Below are positions 52,583-64,000 of a stretch of DNA of 64,000 bases, piece by piece. The stretch's first letter is position 1; each line of letters starts with the position of its first letter. Under the pieces are notes generated by a model. It was given only the letters and a program-made list of their open reading frames with translations, made no database searches and was not told the DNA's origin. The translations under genes and the position numbers were made by a program. The stretch covers positions 3,472,001 through 3,536,000 of the forward strand of contig OX337228.1 in the NCBI GenBank assembly GCA_946965045.2. The letters are read 5' to 3'. Source of the stretch: Epithemia pelagica (lineage: Eukaryota; Protista; Bacillariophyta).

Positions 52583-54151
52583 TGGAGGAAAACGGTTTGA
52601 CCTAAATTCCTAAAAATCCTATTCTCAGCTCCAAATCGTACGACGTTCAGACGCATTAGGCCTCCAGTTTAGGTACGAAAGGCCTCAAGTTTAGGGTTTC
52701 GACTGCTCTCATCTTTTGGAAGCAGTCGAAAGACCTAAACGATTCCTAAACGATTTGGAACCAAAATCTCCATCCAACGGCTCACAAACTTTGCCATGTC
52801 GCCTTCCAAATCTTCTTCTTGCCGCGCTATCATCCATCAATATGACAGCTTAGCACTTTAGGTTTCTGCAGTTGCTGCTGTTGGTGTGAGTCATGCGGTG
52901 CATGTTTTGGGAAGTGAATCAGTTGATTGGTGGATTGTGATTCTCTGCTTGTCTTATCAAAACTCACCCAATCCACCTTGGTTTCGCTTGTTGTTCACAG
53001 AATCCTTGCCACTTAAACAGAAGAAAAGTTCATTGATCCGAAGGAACAAAATTTTGTTCTCCAGGACTGGTGGCACTGGTTTGGTCTATTCCGTACTGAT
53101 GTCGCCTTGGCTGCGCAAAGGACTGAATTTTCGTCGGAACAACAACAACCATAGAGGGAGAGCATCCTTCGAACCAACAACCAACCAAGCCAACCTACCG
53201 TTTGACTACCCGTGAAGCTCAATGCGCCATCACTGTCGACTGCTGGTGGTGCTACAGACTTCCACAATGCGGTTACGGCGTACTTTCAAGCTTTGCCAAC
53301 ATGGCTCAGTCAATCCTTGCGCCAAGCTTATTTTGTTTGGTCCAAACCATGGTCTTGTTTCTTTGGGTGCATTGGCAACTATCGCCATGATAGATTCATC
53401 CTTATGGTCGTGGCTATGCTTTTTGGCTGCTCTTGTGGGAGGCAAGTGGGCAACAGGGACTGTCACGTGACTTGTAACGCTCGTGGCCAGTGGTGGTGTC
53501 TTGCACTGGGCTCTGCAACAGCCTTCTCAATGGCAACCGTGCCTGGCTACAGACCCACATCACAAATCATCCAATCGCAGCAACGGGGCAGATGTGGAAA
53601 GCACTACTTCCTCATCTGATCTGTTGACAGAAAGCACTGTTGACAGGCCGAAAGCCTACCGTACAGTCGACGCCGATGTATATCAAATCATGATGCTCCA
53701 TGAGCAGGACATGACTAGTAATAAATAGAAACTTCATTAGTTCTATTCTAGCATGCTTTCTATAGAAAATTACTTCTTCTGCTGGATGGCTTGGCAAACG
53801 ACATCAAGCTTGTCTCCCATTGCATCAATACACTGCATTGTAGCACTGTAAGTCTCTGCAGCTGGGACTACAATACAGCCGCAGTGGTCAATTCCTGTGC
53901 CGCCATCATATCCTTGATCTTCTTCGCTCGGTTTGATCTTCCGTCGGCATTGTTCGGGGAAAATGGGATCGCATTGACAAATTCTCGTGAAGCATCTTCT
54001 GACTTCATTCGGAACCTACATAGATGTGCTAGCTCCTACGACGGTCAGACTACGAATAAGTTTAGGTTAAAAAGGGGGTCAACACGTTTTGTCCTAAAAT
54101 CCTATTTGAGGGGAAGGAGTTTAGGAGTTTAGGACAAACCGTTTTCCTCCA
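52583..54151. mobile_element. Non-autonomous TIR element, 1.57 kb (PIF-like ends)
   Basis: TIR TGGAGGAAAACGGTTTG(A/T)CCTAAA(T/C)TCCTAAA with 2 mismatches in 32 bp; TAT on both flanks (52580-52582, 54152-54154); CCTAAA/TTTAGG subterminal repeats; no convincing internal ORF. Confidence 0.82.
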
Positions 54152-54424
54152 TATACCTGATCGTGACCCAACAGCGACTATGCATGAATATGGCGCTAGG
54201 AGTTGCTTCGGTAGCTACCGGCCATGTGGCCTAAATAAACTAGGAGTAGGAGTACAATATCCCTTTTTCTACTCCGAGCTAGTAGGAGTAAAGGGTAGCC
54301 CCCCCTCAGAACGAGAAAGGGTCGCGTTCATAAGCGAAGGTTTAGCGATAGATAGCTCCTCTAAGTTGGAGGTGCCTAGTAGTCACTCTTTATGTTTTTG
54401 TATCATCCACACCACGCTATTTTG

Positions 54425-54438
54425 GTTTATCAGACCCA
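54425..54438 (+). promoter_or_regulatory. E4 candidate primer binding site (tRNA-Ile anticodon-arm complement)
   Basis: GTTTATCAGACCCA; its reverse complement is TGGGT-CT-GAT-AA-AC; it follows TATTTTG directly. Confidence 0.6.
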
Positions 54439-54867
54439 ATGACTCTGAGCTGAAGAGGAAGAAGAAAAGGAGCTAAGGGCACAATGGCCTGGGAAGGTCA
54501 AGAAATATCCGGATCGGACTAAGTAGGTCCATGTGATCCGCCCAAGGATCTAGTCTCGTTGAATATCTGACTTGCAACGAAGCCAGACCGGACTAGTGAG
54601 GGGTGTGGTCTGCTACTGCGCACACCCTGGGCAATGGCGGACGCGCCAGTTCTTTGCCGTTGAAAAGAGAAAGCCTGCCATGCGACCATGCGTTTTATCC
54701 ACTTATGTGGCGCGGGACGATAATGCAGCTGTGCACGCTCTCTACCTAGGTGATCGCTCATGTATCTACTTCAATGAATGAATGAAGGTACGGTGCGCAC
54801 GACGCACACAGTTCCGAATACTGGAAAGTCTGAGAGAGTCCATCAAGAAAGATCATCTATTTGAACC

Positions 54868-56352
54868 ATGGCAGCACCCGATGCCGCAGCTCTGCTCCAA
54901 GAGCTAGATGACTACTGGTTGAATACGTTACAGATTCAACAGCAAACAGTTGGAGATGCTCTGCATGCTCAGGGCTTACTGTCAGCGAGCGACTTCCTCG
55001 GCTTGACGGAAGAAGACGTCGCCGAAATTTGCAATAATGCAAGGAAGCCAGGAGGAACTGTTCCGAATCCAGCCTTTAACCCGTTGAACCCGGTTGTCGG
55101 TATAGCCCCTACCATTACGAATCCAGGAGTGTTAGTGGGCCATGTAATCGAGAAGCGATTGAAGATGATGAGATACTACATTCATCATTTGATGAAAGTC
55201 TCACATCCTTTTGACCCTGCTGCACCTGCCTCATCGCTACCAAATCTTCAAGACCTATATCGATTCAAGGAAAGTGAAGACGAGTACAAGAACAACGACA
55301 TTGAACTGCCCGAGAAGCTGACTGCAGTTGAAAATATCCGAACCGTACTGGAAGATTTGGACGATTACTTCGAAAGAAAAAGAGGAGTAACTGGCATTCC
55401 ATTGGCCGCTTACACTCGTCCACTCAACACAGTACCACCTCTGAATCTTGATCCGGGCTATGGTCGGCCAAGTATTATCCAAGAGCTTGTGCGAAGAGCA
55501 CCGCACACAGGACCAACAGCCCTAACCGACAATGAAGCAGTATGGGACGCAGTCAGGCATGTAACCCATGATGGACCTGGATGGGGCTGGGTACAGATGT
55601 ACAGCCGTAACAGGGATGGCAGAGGAGCCTACAGAGCCCTCAGAAATCACTACTTCGGAGATGCCTATCAGACTCGTTTGCGAGCAAAGGCAGACCAAAC
55701 GTTGGAAACGAACTATTACGACGGCTCAAAACGTAACTTTACCTACGAGAAATATATTGAGTCCTTGCAGAAGGCCTTTTCTGATCTCGAATCCACAGGA
55801 GAATTCGTGAGTGAAGAAAGGAGGATCCGTATTCTTCTCACGGGTATTCATGATACGCGACTTGAGAGTGCCAAGAATCAGATCCTAGCATCCCCAAATC
55901 TCCGAATCTCGTTTGAGGTGGCATCAGGTTATCTTGCAGAAGTACTAGACAACAAGGTTTCCTACAGTGCTACTACAAGAAGGGCCAGGATTTCCGCTAT
56001 CCAATCAAGCGGCAACAAGAAAAACAACAAAGGGAACAATAAGAATACCCCGACCAAATTCGATCCGAACAACCCTAACAAGTACTATCCTTACAAGTTA
56101 TGGGTAAAGCTCACACCTGAGCAACAACAATTGGTTCGAGACTCGCGAGACAAGCAAAATAGCAGTACCAAGAAACGTACTGCATCAGGGGTAAACTCGA
56201 GCAAGAAGAAAAGGAAGAATAATGACGGCTCATCGTCAGCAACAGATACGACAGAAGATTCGACAAGTAACGGAGATGACTCCTCTGAAGATAGAGAAGC
56301 TAGCATTGGTGCTATCATGAGCCAAAGGAAGAAGCGAAATGACCGAGTCTGA
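54868..56352 (+). CDS. gag: E4 gag, 494 aa (ends at a probably mutational TGA)
   Basis: Diatom copia gag blocks (GIPLAAYTR, RDGRGAYRALRNHYFG, YYDG.KRNFTYEKY); no CCHC knuckle; the frame continues past the TGA to TCEL. Confidence 0.85.
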   Translation: MAAPDAAALLQELDDYWLNTLQIQQQTVGDALHAQGLLSASDFLGLTEEDVAEICNNARKPGGTVPNPAFNPLNPVVGIAPTITNPGVLVGHVIEKRLKMMRYYIHHLMKVSHPFDPAAPASSLPNLQDLYRFKESEDEYKNNDIELPEKLTAVENIRTVLEDLDDYFERKRGVTGIPLAAYTRPLNTVPPLNLDPGYGRPSIIQELVRRAPHTGPTALTDNEAVWDAVRHVTHDGPGWGWVQMYSRNRDGRGAYRALRNHYFGDAYQTRLRAKADQTLETNYYDGSKRNFTYEKYIESLQKAFSDLESTGEFVSEERRIRILLTGIHDTRLESAKNQILASPNLRISFEVASGYLAEVLDNKVSYSATTRRARISAIQSSGNKKNNKGNNKNTPTKFDPNNPNKYYPYKLWVKLTPEQQQLVRDSRDKQNSSTKKRTASGVNSSKKKRKNNDGSSSATDTTEDSTSNGDDSSEDREASIGAIMSQRKKRNDRV

Positions 56353-59300
56353 CATAGAGTCAGCACGGTAGCAAGTGAAATAACTGCTATGACGGCAACG
56401 TGTGAATTGGCCTTGGAGATGTCTGTCTGGTTCTATATACGACAGGCAAAGCAGAAGTTAGTGGATTTACGAATTCACTTGGAAGCATCAAAGAAACTCC
56501 AATCATCACTGGAGTAGTCGCCTATGACGACCCCAAATCAAATGAAACATACCTCTTATATTTTCATCAGGCCCTCCATCTGCCGATGATGAATAAATGC
56601 TTGTTAAACCCCAACCAGATGAGAGAAGCAGGAGTCAAAGTGAATGACGTTCCTCTAAAATATATCAAGAGTGAGGACAGGAACAGTCACTCGCATTCGA
56701 TCATAGCTCCTTTCTCAGATGAAAGTGACCATCTTGTCATCCCATTCGACTTAGTTGGTGTAATGAGCTCCTTCACAGTAAGGAAACCAACTTGGGATGA
56801 AATCAAGAATATAGATCCGAGCAACAGGATCCATATGACTAACGACACACCGGAGTGGGATCCGAATGACTTGGCAGATGCCGACGAAAGGAAACTCCGT
56901 GTCGATTTAGAAACAGATACAATTCGAAAGAAAGAATCAAGAGACTTGCATCAAAGGATGGCCCGAATGGTTCGGGTAAACACAAGGACGATCGCTGATT
57001 TGAGGCATCGTCGAAAGGGGACTGTGGACCCTGTGACTCTATCAAGAAGATGGGGAATAGGCATTCCATTGGCTGAGAAGACTTGTTCGGCCACAACGCA
57101 ATTGGGAGTACGAGACTTTACTGACTCCATTGGAAGCAAGAGATTACGCCATACAGCGTATCAGCTAAAGCATAGACGGTTAAGAGCGGACGTCTACACA
57201 GATACCCTCTTTTCAGACGTCAAGTCACTTGGTCAGAATACATGCGGACAAGTCAACGCGACAGATTTTGGATGGGTAGAGTTCTATCCCATGCAACGAA
57301 AGAAGGATGCACATAAGACACTTGAAAGAGTATTCAGTGACTATGGCATCTTTAAAAGTGTCATACCTGACAATGCACCTGAGTTAACAAGCGGTAACTT
57401 CAGAAAGACGGCGCACAAGTTCAGCTGCCGGATCAAACCAATTGAGGCATACACTCCTAACCAGAATCTGGCTGAAGCCAATATTCGGGAACTAAAAAGG
57501 ATGTATCGCCGTGAAATGAGAAGGACTAATTGTCCCTCAGTCCTCTGGGATCACTGCCTTGAACTAATGGCAGCAAGGCGATCTCACACAGTCTTGTCGA
57601 CTAGTCCATTCAATACCGGTCCACCCCTAACTACGTTGACAGGGGACACACCCGATATTTCCCACTTAGTGGAACATCGGTGGTACGACCCGGTTTGGTA
57701 CTCCAATCCTGGGTTTGAAGGTCGAAAGTTGGGACGATGGCTCGGACCTAGTCGAAGCGTGGGTCAAGCCATGAGCTCGAAAGTCCTAACTGATGAAGGG
57801 AAGATTATATACAGGACGTCGGTTTGGCCCCTGTCTTCGGAGAAATCACACGATGAAACCTTCACAGCACAGCGGGAACAATTTGATGCTAATTTAAAAG
57901 CCGTATTGGGTGCAAGGTTTGAAGGAATGCCGATAGAACAAGGAGAACCCGATGAAGATGGCACGGATACTCCTTTTTACGACGCATATGAGGATGATGA
58001 ACAGGAAGATGTCCGGAAGCCTGACCTAGACCAATACAAGACAGATTCCTATGACAAGCTCATTGCAGCGAAAGTCATGCTACCTTTAGGAGGATCATTG
58101 CGTCAGGGGCAGGTCAAGCGAAGGAAAAGAAATGCAGACGGCAACCTCATTGGACGACCTTCAACGAACCCTATTCTAGACACGACCATGTACGAGGTCA
58201 AATTTCAAGATGGTCACGTGGAGTCTTACACGGCAAACCTTATCGCGGAAAACATCTACGAACAACTTGACGAAGAGGGCAATAAGTATCGGCTCCTGAG
58301 CAGTATCGTTGATCACAAGAAAGATGCATCCGCCATCTCTATCTCAGATGGTACTTTCCATTGGAACGGGAGGGAGCATAAGAAAAGAACTACCAGAGGT
58401 TGGTCATTGTGTGTCGAATGGAAAGACGGGTCAACGTCTTGGGAGAAGTTGCAAGATCTCAAGGAATCCAATCCCTTGGAAGTAGCGGAATATGCTGTAG
58501 CCAACCTTATAGACAAGGAGCCAGCATTTGCATGGTGGGTCGCTTTTGCTCTGAAGCGACGGGATCGACTGATCAAGGCGGCCAAGTCGACTCGATATTT
58601 CCGCAAATCACAAAAATACGGTATCGAACTGCCCAAAACAGTAGAAAGGGCGTTGGAGATTGACCGAGAGACCGGTACTGATTTCTGGGCCAAGGCATTG
58701 CAACTTGAAATGTCAAAGATATTCCCAGCAGTAAAGATACTGGATGAGGGAATGCCACAGCCCGTTGGTCACAAAGTAATCCCCTGCCATATCGTATTTG
58801 ACGTAAAGATGGACTTTACGCGAAAGGCAAGATATGTTGCAGGTGGCCACAAGACTGGAGAGCCCGAAACACCGACCTATGCGAGCGTTGTCTCCAGGGA
58901 AAGTGTGAGAATTGGGTTCATGTTGGCAGCATTGAATGGAGTGGACGTGACGGCCGCAGATATAGCCGGGGCTTATCTCAATGCCCCATGTCACGAAAAG
59001 ATTTGTACACTCTGCGGTCTCGAATTTGGAAAAGAGTACGAAGGACGTTACGCAGTAATAACAAAAGCGCTCTATGGCCTCCAAACCAGTGCATTCGCCT
59101 GGAGAGAGCACCTGTCCACAACTCTACAAGAATCGTTGGGATTCAAGCCCTGCAAGGCTGACCCTGACGTGTATTTGCGACCAGCAAAGAAACAAGATGG
59201 TTCTTTATATTATGAACTCGTCTTCATTTATATTGACGACGTACTCGTAATCTCGCACCGGGGACGTGAAATCCTCAACATGCTTGACCAGCATTATCTA

Positions 59301-60308
59301 TTGAAACCGGACTCAATAGGTCCACCCAAGATTTACCTTGGAAACGAAGTTCAGACTTTTGACATCGACAACGACGTATCTAAACGGTGTTGGGCATTGA
59401 GCTCAAAGAAATATGCCACTGAAGCCATCCGTAATGTAAAGATTTGGCTGGAAGAAAGAGACATGATGCTCAAGACAAGAGTAGCAGGTGTACTCCCATC
59501 TGGATACAGACCTGAATTGGACACGTCGTCCTACTGTGACCAAGAATGACAATCTTTCTTTCAACAACAGATTGGAGTTCTCCGATGGCTAGTAGAACTC
59601 GGAAGGATTGATATAACAACAGAGGTCTCAATGTTGGCTGCTTATTTGGCTGGTCCAAGAGAAGGACATGTACATGCTCTCCTTCATGTTTTCGCTTACA
59701 TCAATCAATATGACAGGTCGCGATTGGTGTTGGATCCATCATATATTGTCCATGGGGAGGAGCCATTGGCAGATTGGTCCGGATTCTATCCCGATGCAAA
59801 AGAAGAAATTCCACCCGATGCACCTGAACCATTGGGTAAACCGGTACAAATCACTGTCTTCGTTGATTCTGATCACGCGGGTGATTTGGTGACTCGTCGT
59901 TCAAGGACGGGAGTCTTGGTCTTCTTAAATCGTTCGCCAGTAAATTGGTATTCAAAGAAGCAGACAAGTGTCGAAACTTAGACGTTTGGTTCTGAGCTCA
60001 TGGCCCTGAAAGTGGGTATCGAGATGACCAAGGGTTTGAGATACAAATTGAGGATGTTGGGTGTGCCTCTGGACGGTCATGCACACATCACAGTTGATAA
60101 TATGTCGGTGGTACAGAACAGTACCAGACCAGAATCCATCCTCCGCAAGAAATCGAATGCAATCGCCTATCATTTCGTAAGGGAAAATGTCGCAAACGGA
60201 GTATGTCGAATTGCATATGAGCCATCAAAGTCAAATCTTGCCGATCTCTTGACTAAAGTTCAGACCGGCACAGAAAGGAAGCGGCTAGTGGAGATGATCT
60301 TGTACTAA
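56353..60308 (+). pseudogene. pol: E4 pol: protease active site deleted with a frameshift near 56410; stops at 59547 and 59979
   Basis: TCEL joins LGDVCLVL in another frame (DSHADT-type motif missing); IN DDE, RT YIDD and RNase H motifs present; W-to-stop and S-to-stop relative to E3. Confidence 0.9.
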
Positions 60309-61490
60309 GTGCGTTTCCCACTGTTGGAAAACAGGTTTGGGTACGTCCTGCAGTCAGATGATGAAATGATCTTTAAGCAGGTCCAGTTGGAATGGATAGA
60401 AGGAGAAGGAGAAAGTGCATGATTACGATAGTTAGGGACTATCGAATCACGAGGGGACCGAGAAAGGGTCGCGTTTATAAGCGAAGGTTTAGCGATAGAT
60501 AGCTCCTCTAAGTTGGAGGTGCCTAGTAGTCACTCTTTATGTTTTTGTATCATCCACACCACGAGAAAGCGACTCTATTGTAGATGGGAAATAAGAAAAA
60601 ATAATGCGAATATGGTGAAAAAATGAATTATTTTGTCTTTCTTGAGAGAGTGTTTCTCTCTTGTGTTCAGGTTTGGGTAGTACGAAAGTACCATTTTTCG
60701 TTAAGTCTAGGACTTCGTACTGTACTTTGAGGACTTTCCCAAGTCCTAAAGTACAGTCCCCCCTTCTCATCCAAGGGACTGTCAGTCTTCTAATCCATTC
60801 TCCCTCCCTCAATCAACAGACTCGGCCTTAGGCTTCATAGTCCCCCCTGTCTAACAAGCGTACTTTTAGTCAGTCAGTCTAGTCACCCTGTCCTCTATTT
60901 GGTACTATTAGTCTCGAGGTCAAGTACCACTCATCAGTATTATGGACTTTCGAAGTATGCAATAAATGAGGTAGACTATGGTAGTTTAGAGCAGAGTTGG
61001 GTAGTACGAAAGTACCATTTTTCGCAAAGTACCGTACTTCGTACTGTACTTTGGGGACTTCGACCAATTCCTAAGTCTAATCCCCCCCTCTCCTCAAAGT
61101 GACTTCCAGTTTCCAGTACCGTAATCCAGTCGCCCCCCCCCCCCCCACATGCATCGAACTATGTAATCCCCATAGTCCCCCCCACTTGTCTATCAATCGT
61201 ACTTCCTCTGACACAATATAGTCTCACCATTTCCCATATCTTACTATTAGTCCCCTAGTCAAGTACTGCCCATCCCAATTATTGACTATAGAGTACGAAG
61301 TCACTCCTCATCCTTTCACGAAAGTACGTCCAAAGCCACATCCTATTACATATCCACTAACAAACAAGTGGACACAGATAAGGATGATACCACCAGGCAC
61401 CTCTTTCTATATCCTTGCGTTTGGTTTTCCTTCAACAATCAAACACTCGATCTTTCCATCACTGTTTGCCGATAGAAGATTTCTACAACA

Positions 61491-64000
61491 ATGGAAGCAT
61501 CTGACGTTCCTGCTCCAGACCCTCCATCTGAAGACCTCCCCCCTCAGAACAACAGCAAGAAGGCTCCTTCGAACAACAGCAAGAAGACTCCTGCATCCAA
61601 CAGCAAAAAGCTTGCTTCCAACAGCAAGAAGACTCCTGCATCTAACAGCAAAAAGCCCGCTTCCAACAGCAACAAGACTCCTGTATCCAAAAGCAAAAAG
61701 CCTTCTGCATCCAACAACAAAAAACGTCCACCAAGCAACAAAAAGTCTACATCCAGCAGCAAAAAACGACCTTCGAATGAGAAACAAGGCTCACAAAAGA
61801 AGACTTCCCAACCCACCGACCCATCTCCATCTTTGGAACGAAAGCCATCCGCGCTTGAAGCACGTCGGAAACTATTGGCAGAAGAACTCCAACCAACTAC
61901 CACAGTGAAGGAAGACTATTATGCAGCAGAGAAGGCTCTCGTCCCTCTCCTCAAGGAACCAAATCCCTTATTCTTTGGTGACCCAAGCTGCAGTATCTAT
62001 TGGAAATGGGTCCTCCACATCGACTGGCCTGTTTGGGAAAAGCATATTTGCGAGAATGCAGAGGATATTCCCAATACTCATTGAATTATGAAGATCATTG
62101 GAAACATGAAAACCTACACAAAGATTGGCGATATGGCACAATTAGAATCAGCAATTACACCCAAAGCCAAGGACACAGCAATGAGGGCAAAATATTCGAA
62201 ACTCTCTCGCTACATCGTAATTTGCCCAGAATGCTTCAAGTCTCCAAAGAAGTCCTTAGAGGAAAGTGTATTGCTCTGTGGTCAGCAAAAAACCTCCAAC
62301 GTGTCAACTCACAAAAACAAGTACCACAAAGAGGTTGTACTTGAAGAATCAGCAGTGCAATCGTCCCAATCCCAAAGTAATCTGAGTTCTATGATCGTCA
62401 AGAACACCTCCAAGTCTGAAGCAACAACCGAATTTCGGAAGCTCATATATCGTTTTGTCAACAACTGTAACCTACCTGCACTCACAGTTGAGAAGCAACC
62501 ATTCAGAGCATTGCTACAATTTGCGATCAACAATGCAGCGGCATTGAAGGATACACCGGCCGAAGTCATGGGTCGTTGCGAAATCACAAAGCTCCGCTTG
62601 TCATCCTATGAAGATTTCTTTACTGTGGCACCTAACCTCCTTAATGCCTGTCGCTCCGAATACCAGAAATTGTGCCGACAGAAGGTACCCTTCATTACCG
62701 TGTGCCATGACATTTGGCAAGCCAAGGACCATGATGTCCTTGGAGTTACACTCATGTTCATTGACCCAAGGAACTGTCATATATACAGACTCCCTATTGG
62801 TTTGGCTGAGTGCGATGGACATGCCGCCACGGATGTCGCTAATCTTACAGATGCATTACTTCTGGGTGTCGGAGTGACGACTGCCGACCTTTGCGCATCT
62901 GTTAATGATAACACAACGGCAGCCGTCTTAGCCGGAAAATACATTGTGGGTAATCCTGAAAAGGACGGCGGCAAATGTGACGTGCACAAGGCCAAGCTTG
63001 TTCTTAAACATGCTACCGGTCTAGTGAAGAGATACCATAACCGGCAGCTCATGGATTCAAACGATACTTTCGTTGAGCTATGGCAGGTATTCAAACAATT
63101 TGCTGCATGGCTAACTTGTAAAAAAGCCCCTCATCGTTTCAAGAAATTCCGAGACTCTTGTATTCAAATGGGATTCACAATCATCAAGATTCCCATGCCC
63201 AATGACACCCGTATCGCAGGCCTTGTTCTAACCATCCAGGCCTTGCTTAGATGTATGTGGGCTATGCGACACTACGTCACCCTAACCATCAAAAGCGACG
63301 ACAAATTCAAGGCAAGATTTCCTACAGAAGACAAGTGGGAATTATTGGCACAATATGAGGCCGTACTGGGTCCACTCAAGCAAATATGTATGTCTCTCCA
63401 GTCAGATGCACCAGGTGCAAGTTCGGCTGCTTTGTTAGAGATTTATTGTTCCTATTTCCGTTCCACCTGTATGCGCAAGGAAGAAGTCGGCAAGTTCAGT
63501 GGTGTTGATGTCTTGAACGTTTCGGATGTGAATCGTACTTGGGACGCCCGTAGTTCTATGGAGGATTTGGAGGAATTCCGCGATACTAAGCAATACCAAG
63601 AGCTTGAACCTGGTCCGCGGCTACTCATCCGACGAGTTATAGCAGAGTACAAGCACTACTTGCTTCACTACGACGATGACAGTATCAAGGCCGTTTGCTG
63701 TAACCCCCTACTTGCCAATGTGTACGAAAACATGTTCGTTCACTTCGGGGTGTTTGATCAGGACACTGTGAAGGAATGTCGCCGGATCATCATTCGAGAC
63801 ATGGTGTCTAAGTTCAGCAACAAACAAGTCTCAAGGATTGGAGCGGCTATGTCACGCCAAGATAAATCCCAGTCCAACCGAGGGCCAAAGACTGGACAGG
63901 GAAACGATTCTGCCCCTACCAAGTCATCCTCCAAAAGAAAGACACGCGACATTTTTGCCAATATGAAGGAGTCACAGTATTTACAGCAACAGGCTTTGTT
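61491..64000 (+). pseudogene. hAT-like transposase with in-frame TGA at 62082; frame open from 62085 to the window end
   Basis: BED-like IYWKW...CPEC...H..KYH; catalytic CHDIW, VNDNT, KCDVH, PNDTRI. Confidence 0.75.
61548..61785 (+). repeat. Coding minisatellite, about 10 units of 21-27 bp encoding ASNSKK(T)P
   Basis: Degenerate GCATCCAACAGCAAAAAG repeats within the hAT N-terminus. Confidence 0.85.

Larger units (their letters stand above)
54312..60563 (+). mobile_element. Copia element E4 with very short LTRs, defective
   Basis: 105-bp direct repeats at 54312-54416 and 60459-60563 (1 mismatch, 54329/60476); AGAA on both flanks; PPT GAGGGGAC at 60451-60458; gag then IN-RT-RH. Confidence 0.93.
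60581..64000 (+). mobile_element. Second hAT-like DNA transposon (right part outside window)
   Basis: Possible left end TAGATGGG at 60581 (unverified). GTAC-rich subterminal zone with a 28-bp exact repeat (60673-60700, 60997-61024) and CATAGTCCCCCC x2. Transposase-like ORF follows. Confidence 0.65.

Noticed and set aside
56350-56358. Programmed readthrough of the E4 gag TGA
   Set aside because: The context TGA-CAT-AGA is not a known readthrough signal, and the element has other nonsense and frameshift lesions; CGA-to-TGA decay is simpler.
60670-61190. CRISPR-like array from the 28-bp repeats
   Set aside because: Only two copies 324 bp apart, a eukaryotic context and no cas genes; fits hAT subterminal repeats.

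Overview
Eukaryotic DNA, most likely a pennate diatom (inferred from CoDi-type copia elements, a cyclase-phosphodiesterase fusion and 78-116 bp GT-AG introns). About half of the window is nested transposons; eight host genes lie in 11.6-39.5 kb. From left to right: (1) a hAT transposon split inside its BED finger by an apparently intact copia element E1 (455-8838; 783-bp LTRs, TSD ATTCA). (2) Host genes: two unknown proteins sharing an RVxF-like module, a kinesin-like protein with degenerate ATPase motifs, a tail-anchored unknown protein, an INPP4-type phosphatase, casein kinase 1, a membrane cyclase-PDE fusion and a bifunctional MtnB-MtnC; a 5'-truncated short-LTR copia E3 sits after CK1. (3) A PIF/Harbinger-type element (about 39612-52569) containing a MITE and copia E2 (43469-51690, TSD CATCG), which landed on the first catalytic Asp of the transposase. 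(4) A 1.57-kb TIR element, a defective short-LTR copia E4 (54312-60563) and the start of a second hAT. Most notable observations: (a) E1, E2 and E4 lack a normal tRNA-3'-end primer binding site; each has a tract complementary to a tRNA anticodon stem-loop (Asn in E1/E2, Ile in E4) ending at tRNA position 40, which implies half-tRNA priming. (b) E1 and E2 both carry an unknown, conserved 259-aa ORF ahead of gag-pol, followed by three CATCCGGGT motifs. (c) LTR ends are non-canonical (TA...TA, CA...TG, CG...). (d) E3 and E4 share an apparently covarying RNA structure directly after the pol stop. No database searches were possible, so all family assignments rest on motif recognition.
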